A DNA stretch of 64,000 bases from Cenarchaeum sp. (GTDB lineage: Archaea; Thermoproteota; Nitrososphaeria; Nitrososphaerales; Nitrosopumilaceae). The notes beneath the pieces are model-generated. The model had not been told where the DNA came from. It was given only the letters and a program-made list of their open reading frames with translations, and made no database searches. Of the stretch, positions 29,000 through 39,062 are shown piece by piece. The translations under genes were made by a program, and so were the position numbers. The DNA is taken from assembly GCA_963692915.1 (NCBI GenBank), contig OY843584.1, forward strand, positions 544,001-608,000, in the 5' to 3' direction. How positions within the stretch are numbered: position 1 is the stretch's first letter; each line of letters starts with the position of its first letter.

Positions 29000-30829
29000 C
29001 TAGGGAACCCATGCCTCATCGTGCAATCGAGGCCAGCACCCCCACGGCTCGACGGCACGTTCTGGTTTTATGGCCTCAAACTCGTTCTTGTGCTGCACAA
29101 GGACGGGAATCTCGGCGACAAGCGTGACCTCGTGGAGATCCTTGACCACTCCGTCATCCGTAAGCTTGTCGTCGTTGATTCCTCTGATGAAGATGTCACT
29201 ATGTCGCGCAATATCAGACACCTTGACATGAACGCTGAGCGTCGTGTCAAACGAGTTGAACCCCTTTGGTTTGAAACTCGCCGGAACCAGTATCCCGTTT
29301 ACTAGCGCATGCGACGCTTCTAACGCGATCACGCTCATGTCCGCCTTTATCTGGAATGACACGTCATCTGCATGAAATGCAGTCGCCCGAATCACCATCT
29401 TGTCAGAGAACGGGAGGAGCTCTGGCACCGAGGAGTGTGTGCCTATCACCCTGGTCTCAAGAATGGTGTAAACATAGGCGGTCGGGTTTAAGAAGACCTG
29501 CAGTTCGGTGAACGCAGCATGTGTGTAAGGACGACTTGGCTCGGGGAGACCAGACTCTTTGCGGTTGGGGTCATCTTGAAGATCCCTGACCCATTGCGGT
29601 TCTGGAGCCGCAGCATAGGTGTGGCCCGAACCGCGATTATAGTCTGCAATGTTTTCAGTGTATGGGTTTATCAGCCACGAGGGGCTGGCCTTGTCCCTTG
29701 GCACGTTGTTTTTGATATAGTAATGAACTCTGTCATCCCCTGGCACGTCGCACAGGTTGATCCGCTGCGCCACCTGCGTTCCAAACGACGCGCTCGTCTG
29801 GCATTCCCACCGATGCCATTTAACACCAAGGGGAGTGATGTCAGGACGGTAAAGCATGCTATTATTGTGATTTGACGTGCCCTCTATCGGCGGGACGCCA
29901 GACATCTCCCCATACGGCGCGTTTGCGCACATCGGCATGTGTGCTTGGGCAACGAGGCGCGGAGGCAGCCTGGCGCCGGTCATGGACTTGCCCTCCACGG
30001 CGTGCGGGAGGCCGCCGGCGTGCGGCTGTGGCCGCCTGTCCGCATCCGTGGACAATATGCGTAGCGCGTACGTGTCCTGTTCCCTGCCGTGCATGCTAGA
30101 GGCGGCGATCTCCACGGTGCGCTCGCCGGCAGATGACTTGTCTGCCATTACCATCGCCGTCCCGTCGCCGTGGTCGACTAGGACAGGTGACGCGCCCGTT
30201 CCTGCCAGGGGATCCAGGGGCACAGTATCGAGCACCCTGAGCGAAAAGGCCACCTTGTCACCTGCGGCGTCTGACGCATTTAGCTCCACGCACGCGATCC
30301 CCGGCGATTCGGCAAAGTCCAGATTTCCACTTGTCAGCGCGCCGCCGACCATGACGTCTAGTCCTGGTGCAGGGCCGTGTGCGCCCTCGTCCCGCTCTGG
30401 CGGATCGGCGGGCAGTATGCGCAGCAGGTGCACGGCCTGCGACTCGCCGCGCGCTCCGGATGCGGTGATCTCCACAAGGCGCTCGCCTGCAGCAGACCTG
30501 TCCACGGTGACTGTCGCCATGCCATCGCCGTGGTCGGCCAGCACAACATGTGCATCGCCCCTGGCACCATCTTGCGTGGACCAGTGTGTGGTCCGAAGCA
30601 CGCGGAGCGAGAATGACACCTCGTCAATCTTGGCATCAGTGGAACGCAGGGCGATTCTATGGGGCTCATCAGACTCGGTGAGCACTATGAGCGTGTCCAT
30701 GGGATCACAGGCAACGAGCACCTCGAACTCTGATGCAGAGTTGTGCGTGGCACCGACCTGCACTAACGCTGCAGGTGCTGCGGCCATGGCAGTTGCTGCG
30801 ACTATGACAATCACGATGAGGCTTTGCAT
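29000..30829 (-). CDS. Secreted protein with two cadherin/Ig-like repeats
   Basis: Signal peptide; duplicated FSLRVL...DHGDG.A...AGER.VEI.AS...LRIL module. Confidence 0.7.
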   Translation of the reverse strand: MQSLIVIVIVAATAMAAAPAALVQVGATHNSASEFEVLVACDPMDTLIVLTESDEPHRIALRSTDAKIDEVSFSLRVLRTTHWSTQDGARGDAHVVLADHGDGMATVTVDRSAAGERLVEITASGARGESQAVHLLRILPADPPERDEGAHGPAPGLDVMVGGALTSGNLDFAESPGIACVELNASDAAGDKVAFSLRVLDTVPLDPLAGTGASPVLVDHGDGTAMVMADKSSAGERTVEIAASSMHGREQDTYALRILSTDADRRPQPHAGGLPHAVEGKSMTGARLPPRLVAQAHMPMCANAPYGEMSGVPPIEGTSNHNNSMLYRPDITPLGVKWHRWECQTSASFGTQVAQRINLCDVPGDDRVHYYIKNNVPRDKASPSWLINPYTENIADYNRGSGHTYAAAPEPQWVRDLQDDPNRKESGLPEPSRPYTHAAFTELQVFLNPTAYVYTILETRVIGTHSSVPELLPFSDKMVIRATAFHADDVSFQIKADMSVIALEASHALVNGILVPASFKPKGFNSFDTTLSVHVKVSDIARHSDIFIRGINDDKLTDDGVVKDLHEVTLVAEIPVLVQHKNEFEAIKPERAVEPWGCWPRLHDEAWVP

Positions 30830-31032
30830 TCTACCATGACGCCTCCGCTACTGCCAAGGCCTGCGCCAACCCTTCCATGCATTGCAGTGTGGACGTGGTT
30901 ATCACGCACGTCGATGGGCTTGGCATTATATAAAAAGCGCTGCATGACGGGCATGGGGTCAGGATGGTGAAATTGCATCGTGCCAGATAGGCATATTGTC
31001 CAAAACCCGCACACATGCCACGTGGGAGAGTC

Positions 31033-31719
31033 CTATGTGTAGACTTGCCTGTCTGAGATCACGTCCTGCTTTAGGTCCACAGGCGGAGACGGCAATCTCT
31101 CTGCCTGCGCAGGCACAATGTCGCGCCCTGGCGGCGTCGGCAGCCTCGCAATGGTGTCTCGCTCAAGCGCGGCGCGCGCCTCGTCAAGTATTGCGCTGGC
31201 CTCGGGATTTGCCTGCGCGCTCTCTGGCACAAGGCCGGTTCCCACAGTGGCGCCCTCCAGTATGTCCCTCATGGATTGCTCAAAGTCGCCAAGTGACTCA
31301 CTGACGTTTGGCATCATGCTTCCTATGCCCGGCGCGATATCCTTGATGAGCGCCATGCACGGGCTAAGCGTGACTACAATGTCGCCATACTCGGCCACCG
31401 TGCCCAGGCGCGTCCGCACGCCCTCGACGGCGTTCTGCGCATTTCTTATCACATTGCGCATCCTTCTGATCTCGGCGAGCTCCTGCGCATACCCCCTGGC
31501 GTATCCCAGGTTGCCGGCACGCTGTGCCTCAGCTATCTTTAGCAGCATGGCCGCATCCCTCTTTTTTAGCGTGTCCTGTATCCCGTCAAGTCGCGCTATC
31601 TGCGACTCGAGCCTCTTTTGGGCAGTGTCGATCCGCGTCTTTAGCGGAACTTCCGGGCGTATGCCCTTGAGTATCCTTTGTGAGAGGTTTGCGCTACCGT
31701 TTGACCAGCCCGGGATCAA
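31033..31719 (-). CDS. ESCRT-III/CdvB-like (Snf7) cell-division paralog
   Basis: Coiled coil, ARGYAQELAEIRR, RLGTVAEYGDIVVTLSP, AILDEA, Pro-rich tail. Confidence 0.85.
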   Translation of the reverse strand: MIPGWSNGSANLSQRILKGIRPEVPLKTRIDTAQKRLESQIARLDGIQDTLKKRDAAMLLKIAEAQRAGNLGYARGYAQELAEIRRMRNVIRNAQNAVEGVRTRLGTVAEYGDIVVTLSPCMALIKDIAPGIGSMMPNVSESLGDFEQSMRDILEGATVGTGLVPESAQANPEASAILDEARAALERDTIARLPTPPGRDIVPAQAERLPSPPVDLKQDVISDRQVYT

Positions 31720-31800
31720 TACGCATGAATGCGCAAAACCCGCCTTTAAAGAGCCATGTCACCGCGCATCGCGTCACCGTGGTGACAAGAGCCACGGATA

Positions 31801-32904
31801 CTAGCCAAAGGTGAACGTGTATATCGCAAATCCTGGCTCGCTTGTGCGCAGCTCGAGGAGGCGCGGCGAGGAGGACTCGCTATTGACAATGTTGTACAGG
31901 CCGTGCCCTGATATGGCCGCAACGCCGTCACTGACTGCCGAGCCGGCGTCGCCTGCGCCTATGGGCTCGCCGTCAAGGAGGACCTCGAGGGACGCCATGC
32001 CGTCACTGCCGGCCACGATATTGACCTCCTTTGCATAGTATGGGAGGTGCACCTTGCCGGACTCGGAGACGAGGATCATGCCGTCAGGCGTGTTCGTCCA
32101 CGTGCCCTCGGGGTAAAAGTGGTTTGCCTCCAGCTCTGCAGGTACCGTGTACGTCACGTCCTGCATGGGTTCAAAGCCCTCGGGGCTGCCGAGCTGGTTT
32201 CGCCCGTACGCAAACGCATACCCAAAGTAGAGCTCGCGCGTGCGCCCCTCGTTCTCGTACTCGGCAATGTCCACGGTGCCCATGTCGGCCATGGGGGACA
32301 TGCCGCGCGCCTCGGCGCGCTCGGCGAGGAGTGCCTGGATCACGCGCTCGGTGTTCTCATAGTCGCCCTCGCCGATGTGGTCATACCTGATATTGCCTTC
32401 GTGGTCTGCGATGTACTTGCGTGGCCAGTACCTGTTCTCAAAGGCCTTCCACGTCTCCATCTCGTTGTCCATCACCACGGGGTACGTGATCCCGTGCTTT
32501 TGCACGGCACGCTCGACATTTGCGATCTCTTTTTCAAACTCAAACTCTGGCGAGTGAACCCCGATGATGAGGAGGCCTTCATCGGCATACCTCTCGTCCC
32601 ATGACGTGATGTACGGGAGCGTGCGTATGCAGTTTATGCAAGAGTATGTCCAGATGTCATAAAGGACGACATTGTCATCAATCTCCTCGGCGAGGGCCTC
32701 GGGTGTCGTGTTGATATAGTGCGCAATGCCGACTAGGTCTGGTGCGGGGTTGTCCGGCCTTGCCGGAACCGATGCGGGCGCCTCGCCGTCGAGTTGCTGC
32801 TGGACAACGGCCTCATCGAGCGTCGAGAGCGCAATGCCGAGGGCCGCGACGCCAACGGCAATTATTGCGCCAAACACTATTGCGGTCTTTATGTTTGCGT
32901 CCAT
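31801..32904 (-). CDS. Membrane-anchored redoxin (DipZ C-terminal type)
   Basis: DIWTYSCINC, GVHSPEF, NRYWP, YTFTFG. Confidence 0.9.
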   Translation of the reverse strand: MDANIKTAIVFGAIIAVGVAALGIALSTLDEAVVQQQLDGEAPASVPARPDNPAPDLVGIAHYINTTPEALAEEIDDNVVLYDIWTYSCINCIRTLPYITSWDERYADEGLLIIGVHSPEFEFEKEIANVERAVQKHGITYPVVMDNEMETWKAFENRYWPRKYIADHEGNIRYDHIGEGDYENTERVIQALLAERAEARGMSPMADMGTVDIAEYENEGRTRELYFGYAFAYGRNQLGSPEGFEPMQDVTYTVPAELEANHFYPEGTWTNTPDGMILVSESGKVHLPYYAKEVNIVAGSDGMASLEVLLDGEPIGAGDAGSAVSDGVAAISGHGLYNIVNSESSSPRLLELRTSEPGFAIYTFTFG

Positions 32905-32911
32905 CCGTCAT

Positions 32912-33643
32912 TCACCCGAGTAGCACCAGCTCGTTTAGGAGCGGAAAGTTTGCAATGTATGCGAGCTGGCCGGTCAGGACAAGGACGCCGAGCGCAATGA
33001 TCATGACCCCGAGGGCTACTGAATAGTAGCGCAGGTGGCGGCTCATTGCGCGCACAATTGGCGTCGCGCGCGAAAAGAACGCGCCCATTAGGAGAAACGG
33101 TATGCCCAGGCCCAGCGAGTACGCCAGGAGCAGGCTAAATGACGCAGACGGCGTTGTTGCGGCAAGCGTCAGGATCGTTCCCAGGACGGGGCCGACGCAT
33201 GGCGTCCAGCCGGCTGCAAACGCGAGGCCAAAGACAAACGACATTGGCAGGCTTGCGCGACCCCCCTTTGGCAAGAACTTTTTCTCGAGGTTTAGCGATG
33301 CGCACTTTGTCGAGATGAGCATAAATGCGCCAAAGCCGATTATGATGATTCCGCCGACATAGTTTAGCGTGCCGGCGAGCTCGGCGGCCGACTCGGAGAG
33401 GACGCTGTTTATGAGGACGCCGAGTGACGAGAACACGACTGAAAAGCCGAGCACAAAGAACACCGTGTTGAGCATTACGCCTGTCCTGTTTATGGTCTGC
33501 GTGGACGAGCCCCTCTGCGCGAGCTCTGTGACTGTCGTGCCCGATATGTATGCCAGGAATGCCGGTATCATGGGCAGTATGCATGGGGCGACAAAGGAGC
33601 CCACGCCGGCGAGGGCCGCTATGGCGATGTTAATCTCGGCCAA
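32912..33643 (-). CDS. ccdA: CcdA/DsbD transmembrane disulfide reductase
   Basis: SFVAPCILP and GWTPCVGP. Confidence 0.92.
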   Translation of the reverse strand: MAEINIAIAALAGVGSFVAPCILPMIPAFLAYISGTTVTELAQRGSSTQTINRTGVMLNTVFFVLGFSVVFSSLGVLINSVLSESAAELAGTLNYVGGIIIIGFGAFMLISTKCASLNLEKKFLPKGGRASLPMSFVFGLAFAAGWTPCVGPVLGTILTLAATTPSASFSLLLAYSLGLGIPFLLMGAFFSRATPIVRAMSRHLRYYSVALGVMIIALGVLVLTGQLAYIANFPLLNELVLLG

Positions 33644-33741
33644 TGTCCATGCGTAGACGGCTGGCGCTTTAAAGCATTATTCCAGATTTGTTCCACCTCT
33701 GCGCGTTGGATTTTTAAGCGCACGCGTGGGGCGCTTGAGCC

Positions 33742-33849
33742 ATGAACGTGCGCTTTGCCATAGTCGCCGCCGTGCTCGGCACTGCGATCATGGCGGCATT
33801 TCTCATGGGCTCGCCGATGTTTGGCGGCTATGACATGGCGGCCCGCTAG
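33742..33849 (+). CDS. Small membrane peptide (35 aa)
   Basis: MNVRFAIVAAVLGTAIMAAFLMGSPMFGGYDMAAR; TTTTAAG about 25 bp upstream. Confidence 0.5.
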   Translation: MNVRFAIVAAVLGTAIMAAFLMGSPMFGGYDMAAR

Positions 33850-34982
33850 GATACTCGCATCGCGCGACATGCCCTGCGGACCTCATCGAGGGCATCGCCG
33901 AGCTCGTCCTCATCAGGCCATGCCGTCACGGACAGGCGGATTCTAGCCGAGCCTAGGGCAACGGTGGGATGGCGAACCGCGTGCGCAAAGATGCCGCGCT
34001 CATCTAGCCTCTCTCCGAGGCGAACCGCCTTGCGCTCATCACCAACTATGATGGGCGCAATGTGCGTGCGCACGCCGTCCCTGCCAAGTCCCATCGAGTC
34101 AAGGCATGAGTGCAGGAGGCGCGTGTTGCGCGCCAGCCTCCGCCGCCGTGCGGCCTTTGGCTCGGCGACTCTGGCACGGGCGTGCGCGATGACCTGCGGT
34201 GGGAGCGCTGACGTGTAGATGAGCGGCCTTGCGCGGTTTGCGCACAGCTCCACTGTGCGCGGACCGGCAGCGACATATCCCCCAAGGGAGCCGATGGCCT
34301 TGCTGAGGCTGCCCGTGTGCACGTCGATGCGCCCCTGAACCCCGAGCATGCTCGCCGTCCCCCCGCCGCGCCTGCCCAGGACAAAGTCCCCATGCGCGTC
34401 ATCCAGGACACTTATTGCGCCGTGCTGCGCTGCAACTTTTGCAATGCCCCGAATGTCAGCGACGTCACCGTCCATGCTAAAGACGCCTTCAGTCACGACA
34501 ATCTTTGCCCTTGCCGGCCGCCGAAGCTCCCTCTCCAGGGCGCCGACGTCATTGTGCGCATAGACTGCAGTGCGCGCACCAGAGAGCCTGCACGCGTCTA
34601 TGACGCTTGCGTGGTTTAGCTCGTCAGAGACTACGACATCGCCCTTTTTTGCAAGCGCGCACACGACGCCAATGTTGGCCATGTACCCTGTCGGAAAGAC
34701 GAGCGAGGCGGCCTGCGAGCGGTGCGAGGCCAGCGACCTCTCCAGTGGCGCGTATCCGGCGGCGTTTCCGGAGAGGAGCCTCGATGAGGACGCGGCTTGC
34801 TCCCAGAGCGCCGCGCCGCCAGACGCGAGGCCCAGATAGTCGTTGGATGAGAGGTTTAGGAGGCGCCTTTTGCCGATGAACACGTACGACCCGTCAGCCC
34901 TTGCCGTGCGAAGTCTGCGCAGCAGGCCCTGGGCGCGAATGCGGGACAGCTCGCCGGAGGCGAGGGACTCACTTGGCCTCAA
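33846..34982 (-). CDS. bioF: 8-amino-7-oxononanoate synthase
   Basis: SSNDYLGL, DELNHAS, EGVFSMDGD, DDAHG, GSLSKA. Confidence 0.95.
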   Translation of the reverse strand: MRPSESLASGELSRIRAQGLLRRLRTARADGSYVFIGKRRLLNLSSNDYLGLASGGAALWEQAASSSRLLSGNAAGYAPLERSLASHRSQAASLVFPTGYMANIGVVCALAKKGDVVVSDELNHASVIDACRLSGARTAVYAHNDVGALERELRRPARAKIVVTEGVFSMDGDVADIRGIAKVAAQHGAISVLDDAHGDFVLGRRGGGTASMLGVQGRIDVHTGSLSKAIGSLGGYVAAGPRTVELCANRARPLIYTSALPPQVIAHARARVAEPKAARRRRLARNTRLLHSCLDSMGLGRDGVRTHIAPIIVGDERKAVRLGERLDERGIFAHAVRHPTVALGSARIRLSVTAWPDEDELGDALDEVRRACRAMRVS

Positions 34983-35940
34983 GGCCGATGCGCCTGATCA
35001 TCGCCGCGTCCTCCTCGGCACGCCGTCCGCCAGTGGTCAGGTATCCGGCAGTTATTATCGCGTTGGCGCCCCCGCGCAGTATGGACTCACCGGCGTCATC
35101 CAGCGCCTTTTCGCGTCCGCCTGAAACCCTCACTGTCGCGTGGGGGACGAGGAAGCGCATTAGCGCAAAGGTGCGCTCGGCCTCGCCGTCAGGAAGCGGC
35201 TCCTGGAGCTCAAGCGGGGTGCCGGGCATGGGCGTGAGGATGTTTATCGTGACCTCCTCGGGTGCCACTGATGCGATATCCAGGGCGAGCTCTAGCCTCT
35301 GGGCGCGCGTCTCGCCCATTCCTATTATCCCGCCCGTGCACACGCCGAGGCCTGCCTCGCGCGCGACGTGCAGCGTGTCCATGCGGTCATCATACGTGTG
35401 CGTGGTGCATATCTCGGGAAACTTTGAGCGCGCCGTCTCGAGGTTGTGGTTGTACTTTGCAACGCCAAGTGACTTTAGGCGGCGTGCCCTGGCCGGAGTC
35501 AGGAACCCCAGGCTGCAGTCGACGTCGATTCCGACTGTTCGGTTGATCTCCTCGATGATCTTGCAGACGCGCTCAAAGTCACCAGGCGGCGGCTCGCGCC
35601 AGGCCGCAACAAGGCAGTACGATGACGCCCCGTCATCGCGTGCGCGACGCGCCTGTGCGACAATCTCCTCGCTAGGCGCCAGCGTGTGCGTGCCAATTCC
35701 CGTGTCGTACAATGCCGACTGGGCGCAGAACGTGCAGTCCTCCGAGCACGCGTTTTTCTTGATGTTGGCAAGCTCTTCGACCTCGACTTGAGGGCCGTGG
35801 AGTTCACGCGTTATCCGATCGGCCTCGCGCATGAGGCCTGCAATGTCGCCATAGTCTGCCAGCATGCCCGCCTCATCAGCCGTGATCGGATCGCCGCGCA
35901 CGACCCTGGTGGCCATCGCGCGGAGCCAGTTGCCGTTCAT
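34969..35940 (-). CDS. bioB: Biotin synthase
   Basis: CSEDCTFCAQS radical SAM motif, YNHNLET, GGIIGMGE. Confidence 0.95.
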   Translation of the reverse strand: MNGNWLRAMATRVVRGDPITADEAGMLADYGDIAGLMREADRITRELHGPQVEVEELANIKKNACSEDCTFCAQSALYDTGIGTHTLAPSEEIVAQARRARDDGASSYCLVAAWREPPPGDFERVCKIIEEINRTVGIDVDCSLGFLTPARARRLKSLGVAKYNHNLETARSKFPEICTTHTYDDRMDTLHVAREAGLGVCTGGIIGMGETRAQRLELALDIASVAPEEVTINILTPMPGTPLELQEPLPDGEAERTFALMRFLVPHATVRVSGGREKALDDAGESILRGGANAIITAGYLTTGGRRAEEDAAMIRRIGLEAK

Positions 35941-36102
35941 CACCGGCCACTTCACATGGCGCATTAATAAAACTGGCGAGGCGTGCTGCTGACATGGCAT
36001 TTGTGGACATGTTGGCAGCTTGCTGACTGGGGACATGTTGGCAGCAGACGGGGTCACATTGTGCCATCATATGGCCCAACCGCACACGTTCTAGGGGTGG
36101 TG

Positions 36103-36591
36103 TTATGTGAACGACAAAATGCCCGCATTCGAGAGTTCCATAAACTTGACCACCGCCGTCATGGTCATTATGTAACCGAACAGCAGCATTGAGGTGATGA
36201 TGAGGCTTTTGTTCCTCCGGTGTTTTTTCTTTAGCACTCCGGTGTTGTGGATGATTGCTGCTTTGTATGCTTGTATGATAGAATCATGTATGTGATATTC
36301 TGTGTTCGATTCCACACTGTCAATGTCATGAACCGTGAGATCGCCTCCGAGATCTACAGGCTTGTCGGCCAGCATGTTTACGCCTATTCTCATTGGGTAT
36401 GCCACCGCAAACGCCAATGCCAAAACAAAGACGTATGGGCTGCCTATGTCGCTAAACGCATAGGCAAACAGCATCACTGCCACAAACGAGAGGAATATTG
36501 ACGCCTTTATGTCGACATGCTGGCACAGAATTGCCAAAAGCACATTGTGCTGTTGCATGATCGATATGTTGCCAATCCTGTCATTTGTCAA
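36103..36591 (-). CDS. Three-TM membrane protein, lower GC
   Basis: VDIKASIFL-TM-TM-loop-KKK-TM layout. Confidence 0.6.
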   Translation of the reverse strand: MTNDRIGNISIMQQHNVLLAILCQHVDIKASIFLSFVAVMLFAYAFSDIGSPYVFVLALAFAVAYPMRIGVNMLADKPVDLGGDLTVHDIDSVESNTEYHIHDSIIQAYKAAIIHNTGVLKKKHRRNKSLIITSMLLFGYIMTMTAVVKFMELSNAGILSFT

Positions 36592-36829
36592 CCTCTTTCA
36601 CGTCCTTTTTATGGCAGTCGCACCCTTCAAATTTACACACCTCGGGCTCCACACTGTCAAAGTCCACCCGGCCGCCAAACTCCATGACGCTATGAACTAT
36701 GCCGACGCGGCCTCCGAACATCCACTGGGTGTTGGCCTCCCTGTCCTCCCTGTTCATCCTTTCCATCTCCTCCTCGGTCGGATCCAGCAAGGCAATCTTT
36801 CTGAACAGGCGGTATAGCCGATCGCGCAT
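36581..36829 (-). CDS. 82-aa hypothetical protein, tandem paralog copy B
   Basis: MRDRLYRLFRKIALL...CKFEGCDC; in-frame diverged paralog of 36947-37195. Confidence 0.65.
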   Translation of the reverse strand: MRDRLYRLFRKIALLDPTEEEMERMNREDREANTQWMFGGRVGIVHSVMEFGGRVDFDSVEPEVCKFEGCDCHKKDVKEVDK

Positions 36830-36946
36830 GGGGCAGGCCGGACGCGTCGCCCTATATATTAAAATCGCCGATATGGCGCGCTTTTTGCGCATGGCTCAGC
36901 GTCACGCGCGCCGTGCTGCTGCATGGCAGACACGTGGCCAATCCTG

Positions 36947-37195
36947 TCATTTACCATACCTGTCCCCGATCCTGTTCTTGCAGTCACATCCGTCAACATT
37001 GCAGCCGTACTTGGCATACTCATCAACATCTATTCTAGCGCCAAACTCCATAAAATGGTGAACTATTCCTACGCGACCCCCAAGTATCCACACGGTGTTG
37101 GCTTCCATGTCCTCCCTGTTCATCCTTTCCATCTCCTCCTCGGTAGGCCCCAGCAAGGCAACCTTCCTGAACAGGCGGTACAGCCGATCGCGCAT
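36947..37195 (-). CDS. 82-aa hypothetical protein, tandem paralog copy A
   Basis: MRDRLYRLFRKVALL...CNVDGCDC. Confidence 0.65.
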   Translation of the reverse strand: MRDRLYRLFRKVALLGPTEEEMERMNREDMEANTVWILGGRVGIVHHFMEFGARIDVDEYAKYGCNVDGCDCKNRIGDRYGK

Positions 37196-37243
37196 GGGGC
37201 AGGCCGGACGTGCTGCCCCATATATGCAAATCGCCGTTATGAT

Positions 37244-38644
37244 CTATTTCTTGCGCACGGTGTGCCCTTGTGGACGTCGACGCGCGCCATGGCCCGGCGA
37301 TGCCGAAGAGTCGGCCATCCTGCGTGCCGCGGCGGCTATGGTCTCGGCGGCTGCCTCGCAGAGAGTGTCGAGCTGCGTGGCCGGCATTGCCAGCGGCGGG
37401 ACGATCATGACAATGTTGCCAAGCGTGCGCAGGTATATGCCGTGCCTCTTTCCCTCCTCGTAGACGATGCGGTTTATCGAGCGGCTCGGCGTGGGCGCCC
37501 TTTTCGTGCGCGCGTCCCGGACCAGCTCGACTCCCATGACCATGCCGCTATGTCTGACGTCACCGACCATGGGCAGCGTGGCCATCCTGTCGGCAAACGA
37601 GTCCAGTACGCGCGATGTCTTGCGTATGCGCTCAAGCAGGCGGTGTCGCCTGTACAGGCGAATGTTTTCGAGCGCAACGGCGGCCGCAATGGGGTTTCCG
37701 GTGTACGTGTGGCCATGAAACAGGTGGCGTTCCTCGGCATACTCGCCAAGAAACGAGTCGTGAACCTTGCGTGTCGCAAGCGTTGCGCCAAGCGTCACAT
37801 ACCCGCCGGTGAGCATCTTGCCAAATGACACAATGTCAGGCCTAGAGCCCTGCGAGGTGTACTCGGCCATCGATCCGAGACGGCCAAACCCCGTGGCAAC
37901 CTCGTCGAGCACGAGTAGCGCGCCATGCCTGCGGCATGCCCTTGCGATCCCACGCTGGTATCCGCGCGGGTATATGCGCACGCCTCCGGCCATCTGTGCG
38001 CCGCTCTCCATGATTAGCGCGGCGACATCCCCGCGCGCGAGCCGGCGCTCGGCGGCCTCGATGCACTGCGATGCATCATCGTCCGGATCGCATGAGCTGT
38101 GGTACGCGTCAGGTGCTGCAATGCGCGAGACGCCAAAGAGGCGTCCCTTGAAGCGTGAAAAGAACTGTGCCGAGTACCCGATCGACATTGCGCCAAACGT
38201 GTCCCCGTGGTATCCGCCCTCGAGTGCCACGATCGCCGACCTGGCGCGTTCGCCGGCGTTCTGCCAGTGCTGGAGGGCAATCTTTGTGGCGACCTCCATC
38301 GCCGTCGAGCCATTGTCCGAATAGAACACGTGGGACATTCCTGGCGCGATGCTGACAAGCTCCTCGGCGAGGCGTTCAGCCGGCTCGTGCGTCAGGTTGA
38401 AGAGCGGTGAGTGGGCAAGCGTGGTGGCCTGACGCGACATTGCGCGCACTAGCTCGCGGCGCGAGTGGCCCCACACATTGCACCACATTGACGCGACCCC
38501 GTCAAGCAGGCGCGTTCCGTCAGCGCAAACGAGGCTCATCCCGTCCCCGCGGACTATCTCATCAAAGGCGGCCCACTCGCGCATCTGCGTGTTTGGGTGC
38601 CATACACGAGTAGTGTGTTTATTATGGGTTTTATCATTAGTCAT
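37244..38644 (-). CDS. bioA: DAPA aminotransferase
   Basis: VWHPNTQM, SMWC, GYHGDTFG, DEVATGFGR, GKMLTGG, HGHTYTGNP. Confidence 0.95.
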   Translation of the reverse strand: MTNDKTHNKHTTRVWHPNTQMREWAAFDEIVRGDGMSLVCADGTRLLDGVASMWCNVWGHSRRELVRAMSRQATTLAHSPLFNLTHEPAERLAEELVSIAPGMSHVFYSDNGSTAMEVATKIALQHWQNAGERARSAIVALEGGYHGDTFGAMSIGYSAQFFSRFKGRLFGVSRIAAPDAYHSSCDPDDDASQCIEAAERRLARGDVAALIMESGAQMAGGVRIYPRGYQRGIARACRRHGALLVLDEVATGFGRLGSMAEYTSQGSRPDIVSFGKMLTGGYVTLGATLATRKVHDSFLGEYAEERHLFHGHTYTGNPIAAAVALENIRLYRRHRLLERIRKTSRVLDSFADRMATLPMVGDVRHSGMVMGVELVRDARTKRAPTPSRSINRIVYEEGKRHGIYLRTLGNIVMIVPPLAMPATQLDTLCEAAAETIAAAARRMADSSASPGHGARRRPQGHTVRKK

Positions 38645-38681
38645 GTCGGACTTAATAAAATTGAGGACGCATTTATCTTCG

Positions 38682-39062
38682 TCAATGATTGTTATTTAAA
38701 TATTCAAATGATTTTGTACTTAGCTTTCTTATGCCGCCGACCAGATAATTTGACCACGCTGTCTTGTTTTTTATAAAATCAAGTTCCATCAAAACATCAG
38801 TTATAACTATGTGTTTCTTCCAAAGATCTATATCTTTTAAGGTTATTTTAAAATCATCTTTGTGATTTTGCAGTTGGCTTCCGATTTTTGCTGAACCGAT
38901 AAATCGTTTTCCATTTTTGCCAGCTTTATAAAATACCACGCGATCATCAATCTCTATATTGTTGCGGTTGGATGTGTTTTTGTATATTGGCCATGTTTTA
39001 GCTTGAACCCTTTCGTGGAACGTTTCCATGGTGTCGTTTATGACTAATATCCACTCGGCCAT
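38682..39062 (-). CDS. EVE domain protein
   Basis: W..W....N...I..DDRVVFYKAG...FIGSA...LDFIKNK.AW...GIRKL pattern; AT-rich. Confidence 0.8.
   Translation of the reverse strand: MAEWILVINDTMETFHERVQAKTWPIYKNTSNRNNIEIDDRVVFYKAGKNGKRFIGSAKIGSQLQNHKDDFKITLKDIDLWKKHIVITDVLMELDFIKNKTAWSNYLVGGIRKLSTKSFEYLNNNH

Noticed and set aside
29877-30839. Long antisense ORFs here and throughout the window
   Set aside because: Shadow frames of GC-rich genes with recognisable products on the opposite strand
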